Source of the DNA: Planctomycetota bacterium
Lineage (GTDB): Bacteria; Planctomycetota; UBA1135; UBA2386
DNA length: 64,000 nucleotides
Assembly (NCBI GenBank): GCA_965228735.1
Contig: OZ245838.1
Location: 3,296,001 to 3,360,000, forward strand
Direction of reading: 5' to 3'
A program made the position numbers and the translations under genes. The notes below the pieces were generated by a model. That model saw nothing but the letters and a program-made list of their open reading frames with translations. It was not told where the DNA came from and made no database searches. Each line of letters starts with the position of its first letter. Within the stretch, counting starts at the first letter, position 1. Below are positions 29,062 to 38,854 of the stretch, piece after piece.

Positions 29062-31098
29062 ATGTGTGGCATAGCCGGCATCTTCCATCTCGACCGCAAT
29101 CGCCCCGTCGACCCCGCCCTGCTCGCGGGAATGGCGGCGATCCAGCACCACCGCGGGCCCGACGGCTGTGGGCACCACGTCATCGACGATCGGGGCGTGG
29201 GGTTCGCCCACGCCCGGCTGGCGATCATCGATCTCGAAAACTCTGGACAGCAGCCCCTGGTCGCCGGAGGGCAACGCTGGATGCTCACGCACAACGGCGA
29301 GTTCTACGACTACGCCCGGATCCGGGCCGACCTCGCGACCCGCGGCGCCAGGTTCACGACGAAGAGCGACTCCGAGATCGTGCTCCACCTGGCCGAACGC
29401 CGCGGGCTGGAGGGCGCCCTGCCGCACCTGCGCGGCGAGTTCGCGTTCGGGCTCTACGACCGTGAACGGGACGAGCTCACGCTCGTGCGCGACCGCTTCG
29501 GCGTCAAGCCGCTCTACTGGACGCGAACGAGCAACGGCATCGTATTCGGGTCGGAGATCAAGGTGCTCTTCGCGCATCCCGACGTCCGACGGGAGTTCGA
29601 CGACGAAGGTCTGTTCCACCAGTTGATGCAGACCATCGTGCCCGGGTCGACCCCGTTCGCGGGAGTCCACCAGGTCAAGCCGGGACACGCGCTCACGGTC
29701 CGCCGCCAGAACGGCGATCTGCTGATCGAGGACCGCCGCTACTGGGACATGCCGTTCCCCGAGTGGAACGACCGCGGTCCGGACCGCCCGGAACAGGACG
29801 TCATCGAGGAGGTCCGAGCGCGCTTGCTCGAGGCGGTGCAGCTGCGGCTCGTCGCCGACGTGCCGGTCGGATGCTATCTCTCCGGCGGCATCGACTCGTG
29901 CTCGATGCTCGGGCTCGCGGCCGCATGCCGTCAGGACGCGGTCAAGGCGTTCACGATCGGCTTCGACAACAAGGACTACGACGAGACCGAGATCGCGCGG
30001 GAGATGGCTCGGTCGGTCGGTGCGGACCAGGACGTGCTCGCGCTGGACGCTGGCCATCTCTACGACCACTTCGTCGAGACCCACTGGCACACGGAGCGAA
30101 CGATCTACAACACGCTCGGTGTGGCCAAGCTGCTCATGAGCCGGCATGTCCACCGGGCCGGTTACAAGGTCGTGATCACCGGCGAAGGCTCCGACGAACT
30201 CTTCGCCGGCTATCCGTCCTTCCGGAACGACCTGTTCGCGCACGGCCTCGCGCATCTGCCGGCACCCGAACGGGAGGCGATGCAGGAGGCGCTGGGCCGG
30301 TCCAACGCCGTCTTCCGCGGCGCGATGCTGCCCGTCGAGACGCATGACGACCCGGATCTCGAGAGGGTGTGCGGCTTCACCCCGACCTGCCTGCAGCCGT
30401 GGCTCAATGCCTCGCGCCACGTCGCGCCGCTGATCGATGGCGACCGACGGGCGCGGCTGGCGGGCTACAGTCCGGGCGCAGCGATCGCGAACGCCCTGGA
30501 CGAGAGCGCGATGCGCGGCCGTCATCCGCTCGACGTCGCGCAGTACGTCTGGATCAAGACGATGCTCGAAGGCCAGATCCTGACCTGGGGCGGTGACCGC
30601 GTCGACATGGCCAACTCGATGGAGGCACGTCCCGCGTTCCTCGATCACCACCTGGCGGAGTTCGCCGCGACGATCCCGCCGCAGTATCGGATCCGCGGGA
30701 TCACCGAGAAGTGGGTCCTGCGTGAAGCCATGAAGGGCGTGCTGCCGCGCGTGCTCTACGAACGGGAGAAGTTCGCGTTCATGGCACCACCGGCGCACAC
30801 CGACCCCGCGAAGCGCAAGGCGCTCGGCGCCCTGACGAGCCGATACCTGAACTCAGGGTCCATCCGCCACTCCAACCTGCTCGACGAAGGCGGCGTCCGG
30901 GACGTGCTCGACCGCTACGCCGACGACAGCCGACCGCGCGATGAGCTCGTGCAGCTCGATGCCGTCGTCAACCACCTGCTCGGAGTCCAGATCCTGCACG
31001 ACCAGCTCGTCGATCAGGACGTGCCCGCGCTCGCAGCAGCGCGAGCGGACGAGCTCGGCGACGGGGTCGTCGCCGTGGCCGAGCCTGTCGCGCGTTAA
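29062..31098 (+). CDS. asnB: Asparagine synthetase B-like glutamine amidotransferase
   Basis: MCGIAG (N-terminal Cys), HRGPD, HNGEFY, RDRFGVKPLY, LSGGIDS, TGEGSDE, DRVDMANSMEAR. Confidence 0.9.
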   Translation: MCGIAGIFHLDRNRPVDPALLAGMAAIQHHRGPDGCGHHVIDDRGVGFAHARLAIIDLENSGQQPLVAGGQRWMLTHNGEFYDYARIRADLATRGARFTTKSDSEIVLHLAERRGLEGALPHLRGEFAFGLYDRERDELTLVRDRFGVKPLYWTRTSNGIVFGSEIKVLFAHPDVRREFDDEGLFHQLMQTIVPGSTPFAGVHQVKPGHALTVRRQNGDLLIEDRRYWDMPFPEWNDRGPDRPEQDVIEEVRARLLEAVQLRLVADVPVGCYLSGGIDSCSMLGLAAACRQDAVKAFTIGFDNKDYDETEIAREMARSVGADQDVLALDAGHLYDHFVETHWHTERTIYNTLGVAKLLMSRHVHRAGYKVVITGEGSDELFAGYPSFRNDLFAHGLAHLPAPEREAMQEALGRSNAVFRGAMLPVETHDDPDLERVCGFTPTCLQPWLNASRHVAPLIDGDRRARLAGYSPGAAIANALDESAMRGRHPLDVAQYVWIKTMLEGQILTWGGDRVDMANSMEARPAFLDHHLAEFAATIPPQYRIRGITEKWVLREAMKGVLPRVLYEREKFAFMAPPAHTDPAKRKALGALTSRYLNSGSIRHSNLLDEGGVRDVLDRYADDSRPRDELVQLDAVVNHLLGVQILHDQLVDQDVPALAAARADELGDGVVAVAEPVAR

Positions 31099-31568
31099 GG
31101 ACCGTCGGACTCGGCAGCGCGCTGCGGATAGAGCAGCAATGGGATCGAGCTCTTCCGAACGACGCCCTCGGCGACGCTGCCGCCGAACAGACGTTCGAGC
31201 CCGGAGCGGCCGTGCGTCGCCATCGCGATCATGTCGGCGTCGAGCGCCTCGGCCTGCTCGACGATCGTCTCCGCCACATCGAGACCGCGCACCGCCTCGA
31301 TGCCGATGCGCTCGAGCGGCGCGAAGCTGCCACGCAGTTCTTCGAGGCGCCCACGCGCGGTCTTCAGAGCCTCCTCGAGGTCCGGCGCGACCGCCGGCAT
31401 CGCGGGCACGCTCGGGATGCCGGGCGCGACGATGGTGACGGGATCGACAACGACGTGCAGCAGCGTCAGTCGTGCATCCAGAGCAAGCGCCAAGGCTGCT
31501 ACCGGCTCACACATCTGCAACGAGAGATCGGAGAAGTCCGTAGCGGCGACGATGTGAGGTGTGGTCAT
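31095..31568 (-). CDS. Universal stress protein
   Basis: IVAATDFS, LLHVV, ADMIAMATHGRSGLERLFGGSVAEGVVR. Confidence 0.9.
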   Translation of the reverse strand: MTTPHIVAATDFSDLSLQMCEPVAALALALDARLTLLHVVVDPVTIVAPGIPSVPAMPAVAPDLEEALKTARGRLEELRGSFAPLERIGIEAVRGLDVAETIVEQAEALDADMIAMATHGRSGLERLFGGSVAEGVVRKSSIPLLLYPQRAAESDGP

Positions 31569-31579
31569 CCCCGGCAAAC

Positions 31580-31595
31580 TGCAAGCCGCGTGCCC
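31580..31595 (-). promoter_or_regulatory. sigma54 -24/-12 promoter
   Basis: GGGCACGCGGCTTGCA. Confidence 0.7.
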
Positions 31596-31697
31596 TGCCC
31601 CGCGAAATCCGATCTCGCTGCAGCGCACGGACGCGGTTCACTCGTGCGATCCCCCAGATGCGGCGAGCACGGGCGAACCCGCGCTCGCGCGGCGACG

Positions 31698-32390
31698 TCA
31701 GTGCTTGCCATCCGTCATCACGAGATCGGCGCCGAGGGATGTCAGCACGGCGTCGATCTCCTGAACGGACGGACCGGCCCTGCGGCCCGCCATGCCCTCC
31801 TCCGTCGCGACCTCGTGTTCGCGAGCCGCGTAGCTCAGCCGCTGCAGCCGATCGACCTTCTGTTCCATGGTCGCCTCACCGTCCTCGAGGATGGCCACGA
31901 TCGCGGGGTGGGCCGGAGTGGCCGCGGGCAATCCGGCCTCGTGAACGGTGCCGTGATCGCGAAACGCCTCGAGCATCGCGATGTGGCCCTGCACCTGCGG
32001 GCGCAGCTGCGTAGCGACGTGATCCCTGGTCGCGGTGTCGAGCGTCGGACCGTCCAGCATCCCGTCGTAGCCGACGAGACCCTGTTGTTCACCCCGGAGC
32101 AGGACCTTGGCAGCGGCCTCTGCGCTGGCGAGCGATGCCGCGCTCGCCAGCACCTGAGCGAAGACGCCCCACGGACCGGACCGCTCCGGCGGTTCACCCT
32201 CCGCCAGGACGATCTGACTGCGGAACCACTCGACGGCAGCAGCGTGGTCGTCGCGAATGCGATGCAGCATGCGGGCGAACTCGGGCGCCGTCGCCATCAG
32301 ATTGTCGATCGCGAGTTCATAGGTCTCGACGGCGGTCATCTCACCGCGCATCAATGAAGTCAGTGAATCGGTCAATCGTTCGTCAGTCAT
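31698..32390 (-). CDS. DUF2383/PA2169-like ferritin-fold stress protein with C-terminal extension
   Basis: L.SLMRGEMTAVETYELA...DH......R..I...GE.P..SGPWG...L.RGEQQGL..Y. Confidence 0.75.
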   Translation of the reverse strand: MTDERLTDSLTSLMRGEMTAVETYELAIDNLMATAPEFARMLHRIRDDHAAAVEWFRSQIVLAEGEPPERSGPWGVFAQVLASAASLASAEAAAKVLLRGEQQGLVGYDGMLDGPTLDTATRDHVATQLRPQVQGHIAMLEAFRDHGTVHEAGLPAATPAHPAIVAILEDGEATMEQKVDRLQRLSYAAREHEVATEEGMAGRRAGPSVQEIDAVLTSLGADLVMTDGKH

Positions 32391-32402
32391 GCCCGTCCAG
32401 GT

Positions 32403-32418
32403 AACAACCGCCATGCCA
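32403..32418 (-). promoter_or_regulatory. sigma54-like promoter (GT at -12)
   Basis: TGGCATGGCGGTTGTT. Confidence 0.55.
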
Positions 32419-32550
32419 GGCGCGCAAAAGCGGCCAGCGCCCGTCCTGTGGCCGCCCCGATGCGAATCGGAACGCCACCTGCCGGCGCGACCAGAACCGG
32501 ACATTCCGAACGACGAACCCGCCGCGCGGCTGCGCGGGCGGCCGCGATCC

Positions 32551-32566
32551 TGGCACGGGGCTTGCA
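32551..32566 (+). promoter_or_regulatory. sigma54 -24/-12 promoter
   Basis: TGGCACGGGGCTTGCA, full consensus. Confidence 0.85.
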
Positions 32567-32593
32567 CCGCCTCCGCGCGGAAGCCAGCACCCC

Positions 32594-33961
32594 ATGACGA
32601 CCGAACGACCTGCGACGCAAGGCCAGGAGCGCATCACGGCCGACCTCTATTCCCCGACGGACCACGTCGAACACCACTTCGCGCGCCTCGCGACGATCGG
32701 CGTTCAACCGGACGGATCCATCAACCGGATCGCCTGGACCGACGCCGAGTCGCAGGCCATTGCGATGATCCGCTCCGAAGGCGAGGCCTTCGGGCTGACC
32801 GGCCGGTACGACGCGATCGGCAACCTGATCCTGTCACTGCCTGGCAAGGCCGAACGCCGCATCCTGGTCGGCTCCCACCTCGACTCGGTGCCGCACGGCG
32901 GCAACTACGACGGCGCGGCCGGCGTGGTTGCCGGGCTCGAAGCCATGCGGCCGCTGGTCGCCGATGCGGAGAAGCTGCAAGCCGGCGTCGATCTCGTCGT
33001 GTGGCGCGGTGAAGAACACACCTACAACGCGGTCTACAAGGGCAGCGCGAGCGCGTTCGGTAACTCCGAGACCCACATCCTGCACAACGCCTACGATGGC
33101 GTGTCGCTGCGGGATGCGATCGCGAGTCAGGGGTTCGATCCGTCCTGCATCGACGAGAGCCGCCCTTCGTTGGGGCGCGACTACATCGATTCGATCCTCG
33201 GCTACTACGAGCTCCACATCGAGCAAGGCGTTCGGCTCGAGCGCGAGAACCTCGACCTCGGTGTCGTCACCAGCATCGCTGGTGACCGCCGCTTCCTCGT
33301 CGTCCTCGAGGGTCGGTTCGACCATTCGGGCGCGACCCCGATGGGCACGAACTTTCGTTGCGACTCCAACCTCGCACTCGGCTACATCATCACGCGGCTG
33401 GACGAACTCAGTCGCGATGCGGCCCGCGCGGGCAACGTGTTCACGCAGACCATCGGGATCGTGAATGCCGACCCGGAGATCGACCGCAAGCACCCGGCGG
33501 TGCACAGCAACTCAGTCACCAAGGTCAGCGGCCTCGCGTATTTCACGCTCGACATCATGTCGGCCGACGACACGTTCATGGACTCCTACTCGGCTGACGT
33601 CCTGCGTGCGGTCTGGCAGACCGCGAAGGAGTTCCACGTCAAGGCGGTGATCGAACAGACCGACACGGCGCGCGGCCTCCGTGAACTCGACCCGCGCCTT
33701 CGGAGTCGCCTGATGGCTGCCGCGCAGGCCCGCGACTTCTCGGCGGTCGAGATGCCGAGCGGCGCGGGGCACGACGCCGTGGCTGTGGCGCACGCGGATC
33801 GCGGCCCCCTGGGGGCCATCCCGGTTGGCATGCTGTTCGTCCCGTGCCGCGCCGGCATCAGTCACGCTCCGGAAGAGTTCGCCGAGGCCGATCACGTCGC
33901 GAAGGGAGCGGCGGTGCTCTCCGACGCAATGCGTGACATCGCGCAGCGAGGCGAGATCTAG
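32594..33961 (+). CDS. M20 Zn-dependent N-carbamoyl-L-amino-acid / allantoate amidohydrolase family
   Basis: GSHLDSVPHGGNYDG, WRGEE, ELHIEQG, DHSGATPM, MPSGAGHDA, GISHAPEE. Confidence 0.9.
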   Translation: MTTERPATQGQERITADLYSPTDHVEHHFARLATIGVQPDGSINRIAWTDAESQAIAMIRSEGEAFGLTGRYDAIGNLILSLPGKAERRILVGSHLDSVPHGGNYDGAAGVVAGLEAMRPLVADAEKLQAGVDLVVWRGEEHTYNAVYKGSASAFGNSETHILHNAYDGVSLRDAIASQGFDPSCIDESRPSLGRDYIDSILGYYELHIEQGVRLERENLDLGVVTSIAGDRRFLVVLEGRFDHSGATPMGTNFRCDSNLALGYIITRLDELSRDAARAGNVFTQTIGIVNADPEIDRKHPAVHSNSVTKVSGLAYFTLDIMSADDTFMDSYSADVLRAVWQTAKEFHVKAVIEQTDTARGLRELDPRLRSRLMAAAQARDFSAVEMPSGAGHDAVAVAHADRGPLGAIPVGMLFVPCRAGISHAPEEFAEADHVAKGAAVLSDAMRDIAQRGEI

Positions 33962-34308
33962 TCCGCCCGACTCGCGCGATACGTGCGCCAGAGATCGCGC
34001 AGCGTCAGCTGCATCTGCCGGATCACGACGAGGTTGGCCACCACGATCGGCACCCATGCCCACGGGAACACCGTCGCCGGCAGCATCGCCGTCACGAGGA
34101 AGAACGCGAACAGCACGCCCGTCTGCACGGTGAGCTGCTCCGCTGCCGAACGCTCGGCGCGCACCGGGCGGCGCAACGCGCTGCCCGCGGTGACGCGACC
34201 CCGCTCACTGCGCGCGACCTCGAGTCGAGCCGGCGCAGCGACACGTGTCGCACGCGGATTGTTGGTCGTGGCGGCAGTCGGCATCGGGGTCACCGTAGAG
34301 GTCGGCAT
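33958..34308 (-). CDS. Small membrane protein
   Basis: Two C-terminal hydrophobic segments, GGAG RBS upstream, stop overlaps the hydrolase stop. Confidence 0.5.
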   Translation of the reverse strand: MPTSTVTPMPTAATTNNPRATRVAAPARLEVARSERGRVTAGSALRRPVRAERSAAEQLTVQTGVLFAFFLVTAMLPATVFPWAWVPIVVANLVVIRQMQLTLRDLWRTYRASRAD

Positions 34309-34515
34309 CGTCTTGGCTCCGTTGAGTAGCTCCGCGACGGCGCTCGTGCCTGCACGACCGTCGTCCGGTTGCGAGTTCTGACGCAGACGAGCACCGAAGA
34401 TTCCCCGGATCCGACGAAGTTGTTCGGATCGCCCGGCAGCCGGGCCGCAACTGCCGAGAGCCCAACGGGCGATTCACCCGCATCACCAACGGCATCCGCG
34501 CGGCCGGACCGCGAC

Positions 34516-35334
34516 TCAGCGCCGCCGAAACAGCGCGATCGCGAGGTCGTCCGGCTTGCCGATTCCGCCGGTGCTCTGCATCCGTTCGACGCAGCGTTCG
34601 ACGAGGCGATCCGCCGCGCGCAGCAGCGGCCCCTTGCGCACGACCTCGGTGACCTCGTCGACGTGCACGTTGTCCCACAGGCCGTCGCTCGCGAGCACGA
34701 CCGTGTCCCGCAGCGCGAGCCGGATCGCGCTCGCGATCTCGACGCGCATGCCCGCCATGCCGACGAAGTTGGAGATCACGTGGCGATCCTCGTGCACGAG
34801 CCCCGCGTCGGCGTCGAGCAGGCCGGACTCGACGGCGTAGCCGACGGGCGAGTGGCTCACGGTCTGGTGCTTGATCTTGCCGCGCTGACCGGTGATCAGC
34901 AGCTCCGAGTCGCCGGCGTGATAGCTGCGAAAGCGCTCGCCTTCGATGACGGCCGCGAGCACCGTCGTCGCGGCCCCGCCGGGTCGCTCGAGCAGCTGCT
35001 GGTTGGCCGCGTCGATCCCCGTGAGGATCGCGCTCTGGATCGACTCGACGGTCCCCTCGCTCGCGGCGACGCGATCCGCGATGCAGCGGAGCGTGAGGCG
35101 CGCCGCGAAGTCACCGTCCCCGTGGCCGCCGAGCCCGTCGGCAACGACGATCGCCGTGCACCGATCGTCCCAACGAAACAACCCAGCGACGTCTTCACAA
35201 GAGTCGTCCGCGGTCCGCGACGGGCTCTTCGCAAGCACGACCGCACAGTTGTCGACGCCGCCGCCGGCCGATTCGCGCACGACGCTCGGCGCGCCGCCCT
35301 CGAGCCAGAGCCGGCTGTGCGTCGGGCCGTTCAT
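34516..35334 (-). CDS. PP2C-type Ser/Thr phosphatase
   Basis: CED, VVADGLGGH, AATT, HAGDS, LASDGLWD, DDLAI. Confidence 0.88.
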   Translation of the reverse strand: MNGPTHSRLWLEGGAPSVVRESAGGGVDNCAVVLAKSPSRTADDSCEDVAGLFRWDDRCTAIVVADGLGGHGDGDFAARLTLRCIADRVAASEGTVESIQSAILTGIDAANQQLLERPGGAATTVLAAVIEGERFRSYHAGDSELLITGQRGKIKHQTVSHSPVGYAVESGLLDADAGLVHEDRHVISNFVGMAGMRVEIASAIRLALRDTVVLASDGLWDNVHVDEVTEVVRKGPLLRAADRLVERCVERMQSTGGIGKPDDLAIALFRRR

Positions 35335-36128
35335 CTGCCGCTCCGCCGGCGTTCGAGCCGGCGCAGGGTGAGCTTCTTGGCTTCGAGGAAGGCCTCGTAC
35401 ATGTGCGAGGCGTCCCGAAACCGCCGGCGCGTCTCGACCTGCAGCGCACGCTGCAAGAACGGGATCATGTCCGGCGCCGTTCGACGCAGACGGTCGAGAC
35501 CCGCCATCGGCCACTTGTACGGCCAGTCCGGCAGCTTGCCGCTGAGCATCCGGTAGACGATCAAGCCGGCCGAGAACACGTCCGACCGGGCCGACGGGCG
35601 ACCCATCGCCTGCTCGGGCGCGACGTAGCCGATTGTGCCGGACGACGACGCCTGCAATGTCCGCGTCGAGTGCTTGGCGAGGCCGAAGTCCCCGAGCCGC
35701 AACGCGCCGTCGGCGAACAGGATCAGATTGTCCGGCTTGACGTCACAGTGGATGACGCGGTGCTCGTGCGCGTAGGCCAACGCCTCGATCAGCTGCTCGG
35801 CGAAATCGAGCGCCTTGCTCGTCGACATCCGGTAGCCCAGCCGATCGGCCAGACTGCGCTCGCCCTTCGGATAGGCCATCGTCAGCCGCCCGTCGATCAC
35901 CTCGGCGTTCTTGAGCGACAGGATGTTCGGGTGGTCGAGCTTGGCGCTGACCTGGATCTCGCGCTCGAAGTCCGCACGGGTGTCGGGGTCGCCGTCCGCA
36001 AGGGGCACCTTCAGCGCCACGACGACGCGCTCGAGCGTGTCGTAGGCCTCGAAGACGTCCGCGAACCCGCCGCGCGCGAGTCGTCGCTTGAGCTTGTACT
36101 TACCGAGGCGCTGGCCGACGCGGATCAT
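35331..36128 (-). CDS. Stand-alone cytoplasmic Ser/Thr kinase (non-RD)
   Basis: [34 protein letters not shown]-coupled to the PP2C gene. Confidence 0.9.
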   Translation of the reverse strand: MIRVGQRLGKYKLKRRLARGGFADVFEAYDTLERVVVALKVPLADGDPDTRADFEREIQVSAKLDHPNILSLKNAEVIDGRLTMAYPKGERSLADRLGYRMSTSKALDFAEQLIEALAYAHEHRVIHCDVKPDNLILFADGALRLGDFGLAKHSTRTLQASSSGTIGYVAPEQAMGRPSARSDVFSAGLIVYRMLSGKLPDWPYKWPMAGLDRLRRTAPDMIPFLQRALQVETRRRFRDASHMYEAFLEAKKLTLRRLERRRSGR

Positions 36129-36204
36129 CCGAGGGCGTCAGTCTGCCGAACGGAGTGCGTTCTTTCCATGTCCAAGTACCGGCGGGTGCCCCTACATTGC
36201 AGCG

Positions 36205-37764
36205 ATGCCGGACGAAATCGACCTCAGTCAGTTCGAGTCCAACCTCAAGCTCGTGAAGCTGCAGGTCGACGATTTCGAACGGATCGTGGACCTGCAGCGA
36301 CGCTGCTTCCCGGGCATGCCGGTCTGGACCAAGGCGCACATCGAGAGCCAGGTCGAGCACTTCCCGGACGGCCAGCTCGGCATCACCTACGACGGCAAGC
36401 TCGTCGCGTCGTCGTGCAGCCTGATCGTCGACTACGACCTGTGCTCCGACTGGCACGACTGGAAGGCCGTGAGCGACGGCGGCTACATCAAGAATCACGA
36501 CGAGAAAGGCGACGTGCTCTACGGCATCGAGATCATGGTCGATCCGGAGTATCGCGGCATGCGGCTCGCGCGCCGGCTCTACGACGGCCGCAAGGAGCTC
36601 GCCCGGGAGCGCAACCTCAAGGGCATCGTGATCGGCGGCCGGATCCCGGGCTACGCCGCCCACAGCAGCGAGATGACGGCGCACGAATACGTGCAGAAGG
36701 TCGAGGCCAAGGTCCTCGTCGACCCGGTGCTCACGGCGCAGCTGGCGAACGGCTTCGAGCTGCGGCAGGTGATCCCCGACTACCTGCCGAGCGACGAGGA
36801 CAGCGCCGGCTGGGCGACCCACATGGAGTGGACCAACGTCGACTACCGCCCGTTCCGCAAGCGGACGATGCAGCCGACCCAGGTCGTCCGGATCTCGACC
36901 GTGCAGTACGGGATGCGCGCCATCTCGACGTTCGAGGACTTCGAGCACCAGTGCGAGTTCTTCGTCGACACGGCGGGGGACTACAAGTGTGACTTCATCA
37001 CGTTCCCGGAGCTGTTCACGACCCAGCTCCTGTCGCTCGTCGAGGCCAAGCGCCCCGGCAAGGCGGCGCGCGCCCTCGCCGACTTCAACGAGCGCTACCT
37101 CGAGTTCTTCACGTCGTTGGCCGTGCGCTACCACGTCAACATCGTCGGCGGGAGCAACTTCGCGGTCGAGGACGAGAAGCTCTACAACGTCGCCTATCTC
37201 TTCCGCCGCGACGGCTCGATCGACAAGCAGTACAAGATCCACGTCACGCCCGCGGAATGGCGCTGGTGGGGCGTGAACGGCGGCAGCACGGTCGAGGTGT
37301 TCGACACCGACTGCGGCCGCATCGCGATCCTCATCTGCTACGACATCGAGTTTCCCGAGCTCGCCCGCATCGCGGCGAAGAAGGGTGCCCAGATCATCTT
37401 CGTGCCGTTCAACACCGACGAACGCTACAGCTACCTGCGCGTTCGCCACTGCGCGATGGCGCGCTGCGTCGAGAACCACGTGTACACGGTGCTGTCCGGC
37501 TGCACCGGCAACTTGCCGCTCGTCGACAACGCCGACCTGCACTACGCCCAGTCGGGCATCTACACGCCGGCGGACATCGCGTTCTCCCGCGACGGCATCG
37601 CGGCCGAGTGCACGGCCAACGTCGAGACGATGATCATGCAGGACCTCGACATCGAGCAGCTGCGCAAGCACCGCTACAAGGGCACGGTGCAGAACTGGCT
37701 CGACCGCCGCACGGATCTGTATCGGGTGCGATACCGCGAGGCGGGCAGCGACTTCGAGGTGTGA
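36205..37764 (+). CDS. Bifunctional GNAT acetyltransferase / carbon-nitrogen hydrolase
   Basis: [15 protein letters not shown] (acetyl-CoA motif A); FPE, QYKIH and ICYDIEFPE (Glu-Lys-Cys triad). Confidence 0.9.
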   Translation: MPDEIDLSQFESNLKLVKLQVDDFERIVDLQRRCFPGMPVWTKAHIESQVEHFPDGQLGITYDGKLVASSCSLIVDYDLCSDWHDWKAVSDGGYIKNHDEKGDVLYGIEIMVDPEYRGMRLARRLYDGRKELARERNLKGIVIGGRIPGYAAHSSEMTAHEYVQKVEAKVLVDPVLTAQLANGFELRQVIPDYLPSDEDSAGWATHMEWTNVDYRPFRKRTMQPTQVVRISTVQYGMRAISTFEDFEHQCEFFVDTAGDYKCDFITFPELFTTQLLSLVEAKRPGKAARALADFNERYLEFFTSLAVRYHVNIVGGSNFAVEDEKLYNVAYLFRRDGSIDKQYKIHVTPAEWRWWGVNGGSTVEVFDTDCGRIAILICYDIEFPELARIAAKKGAQIIFVPFNTDERYSYLRVRHCAMARCVENHVYTVLSGCTGNLPLVDNADLHYAQSGIYTPADIAFSRDGIAAECTANVETMIMQDLDIEQLRKHRYKGTVQNWLDRRTDLYRVRYREAGSDFEV

Positions 37765-37785
37765 ACGCCAGGGGCGGACCGGCGC

Positions 37786-38322
37786 CTACTGAATTGTGAA
37801 CGTCTCGCGGGCGCCGTGGCTCGTGAGCAGCCCCTGCAACGCGTCGGCTCCGACACCTTCCCGCGTTCGGCACGATACGAGACAACCGCCGCGACGCACC
37901 TGCTCGACGCGCAGCGCGGCCTCGTTCTCCGGAATCCCGAGCCCGACGAGCGCGCCGAGCAAACCGCCGGCGCCCGCGCCGGCGGCCGCGCCGCCCATGG
38001 CGGCGAGGAACGGGCCGACGGTGAGCACGCCGAACGGCCCGGCCAGCGCCGCCGCCGCGAGCCCGAACAGGGTCGCGCCGACCGCGGATCCGATCGCAGC
38101 GGCTTCCTCTGGCTTGCCCGGCCCATTCTCGAGCAGACCTCGAGCCGCGCCGCTGTCGGCCATGACGATGCCGATGTCGTCCGCATCGACGTCGAGTTCA
38201 CGGAGCTTGGCGACGGCCGCGCCGGCCGCGCGCGGCTCTTCGAAAACCGCGACCACGGTCGCCGCGGCGGCTGGAGTCGGGTGATCGGAGAACTCGTCGG
38301 AGGGGGTGGAGTCGGTGTTCAT
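37786..38322 (-). CDS. General stress protein-like membrane protein (Gly-zipper)
   Basis: VVAVF.....A..AV..L...DDIGIV, Gly/Ala-rich segment, GALVGLGIPENEA....EQVRRGG.LV. Confidence 0.7.
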   Translation of the reverse strand: MNTDSTPSDEFSDHPTPAAAATVVAVFEEPRAAGAAVAKLRELDVDADDIGIVMADSGAARGLLENGPGKPEEAAAIGSAVGATLFGLAAAALAGPFGVLTVGPFLAAMGGAAAGAGAGGLLGALVGLGIPENEAALRVEQVRRGGCLVSCRTREGVGADALQGLLTSHGARETFTIQ

Positions 38323-38368
38323 GGCTTCTACGGGCGGTGCTTCGTTCGGTTGGCGGCCGCGGTTGCGG

Positions 38369-38710
38369 TCAGCCTGACCCGGGCGACGGCCGCGCGAACG
38401 CTGCCGGGGCGGCCATCGCCAGCTGCACCGACTGCCAGGCCTCGGCGAGGTCGTGGAAACTGCGTTCGATGCGCCGCTGCGAGTCCTGCCAGCCCTCGAG
38501 GCAACGCTGCAGGCGCAGGATCGCGTTCTCCGCGCGGTCGCAGCGATCCTGGAACTCCTGCAGGAACGCGGCGCCGACCTTGCGGCGGTCGGGGTTGAGG
38601 TCCGGGTCGCGGGCGAACTCGCGCGCGTCCTCGAGACGGGCGCGCCAGCGCTCGAGGCGACAGTGCAGGGCGTCGACCTCGAGACGCAGTTCTTTGGCGG
38701 ATTCACTCAT
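38369..38710 (-). CDS. Small coiled-coil hypothetical protein
   Basis: MSESAKELRLEVDALH...; helical and charged; directly downstream of a sigma54-like motif. Confidence 0.55.
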   Translation of the reverse strand: MSESAKELRLEVDALHCRLERWRARLEDAREFARDPDLNPDRRKVGAAFLQEFQDRCDRAENAILRLQRCLEGWQDSQRRIERSFHDLAEAWQSVQLAMAAPAAFARPSPGSG

Positions 38711-38722
38711 GGAGCAGGAAGT

Positions 38723-38738
38723 CACAAGATCCGTGCCA
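38723..38738 (-). promoter_or_regulatory. sigma54-like promoter (GT at -12)
   Basis: TGGCACGGATCTTGTG. Confidence 0.6.
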
Positions 38739-38854
38739 GAAGTAGCGTCAGAACATCGGTGAGCGCGGAGCTGGTTCGAACTGGCCTTGGGAACCGGGTT
38801 GCGGCACCGTAGGAACATCGGAGACCGGCAGTTCGCGTTCCTCCGACCGGCCCC

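Noticed and set aside
29062..31098. Lasso-peptide cyclase interpretation of the AsnB homolog
   Set aside because: It has an intact N-terminal Cys glutaminase domain, and no adjacent B1/B2 proteins or precursor peptide were found.
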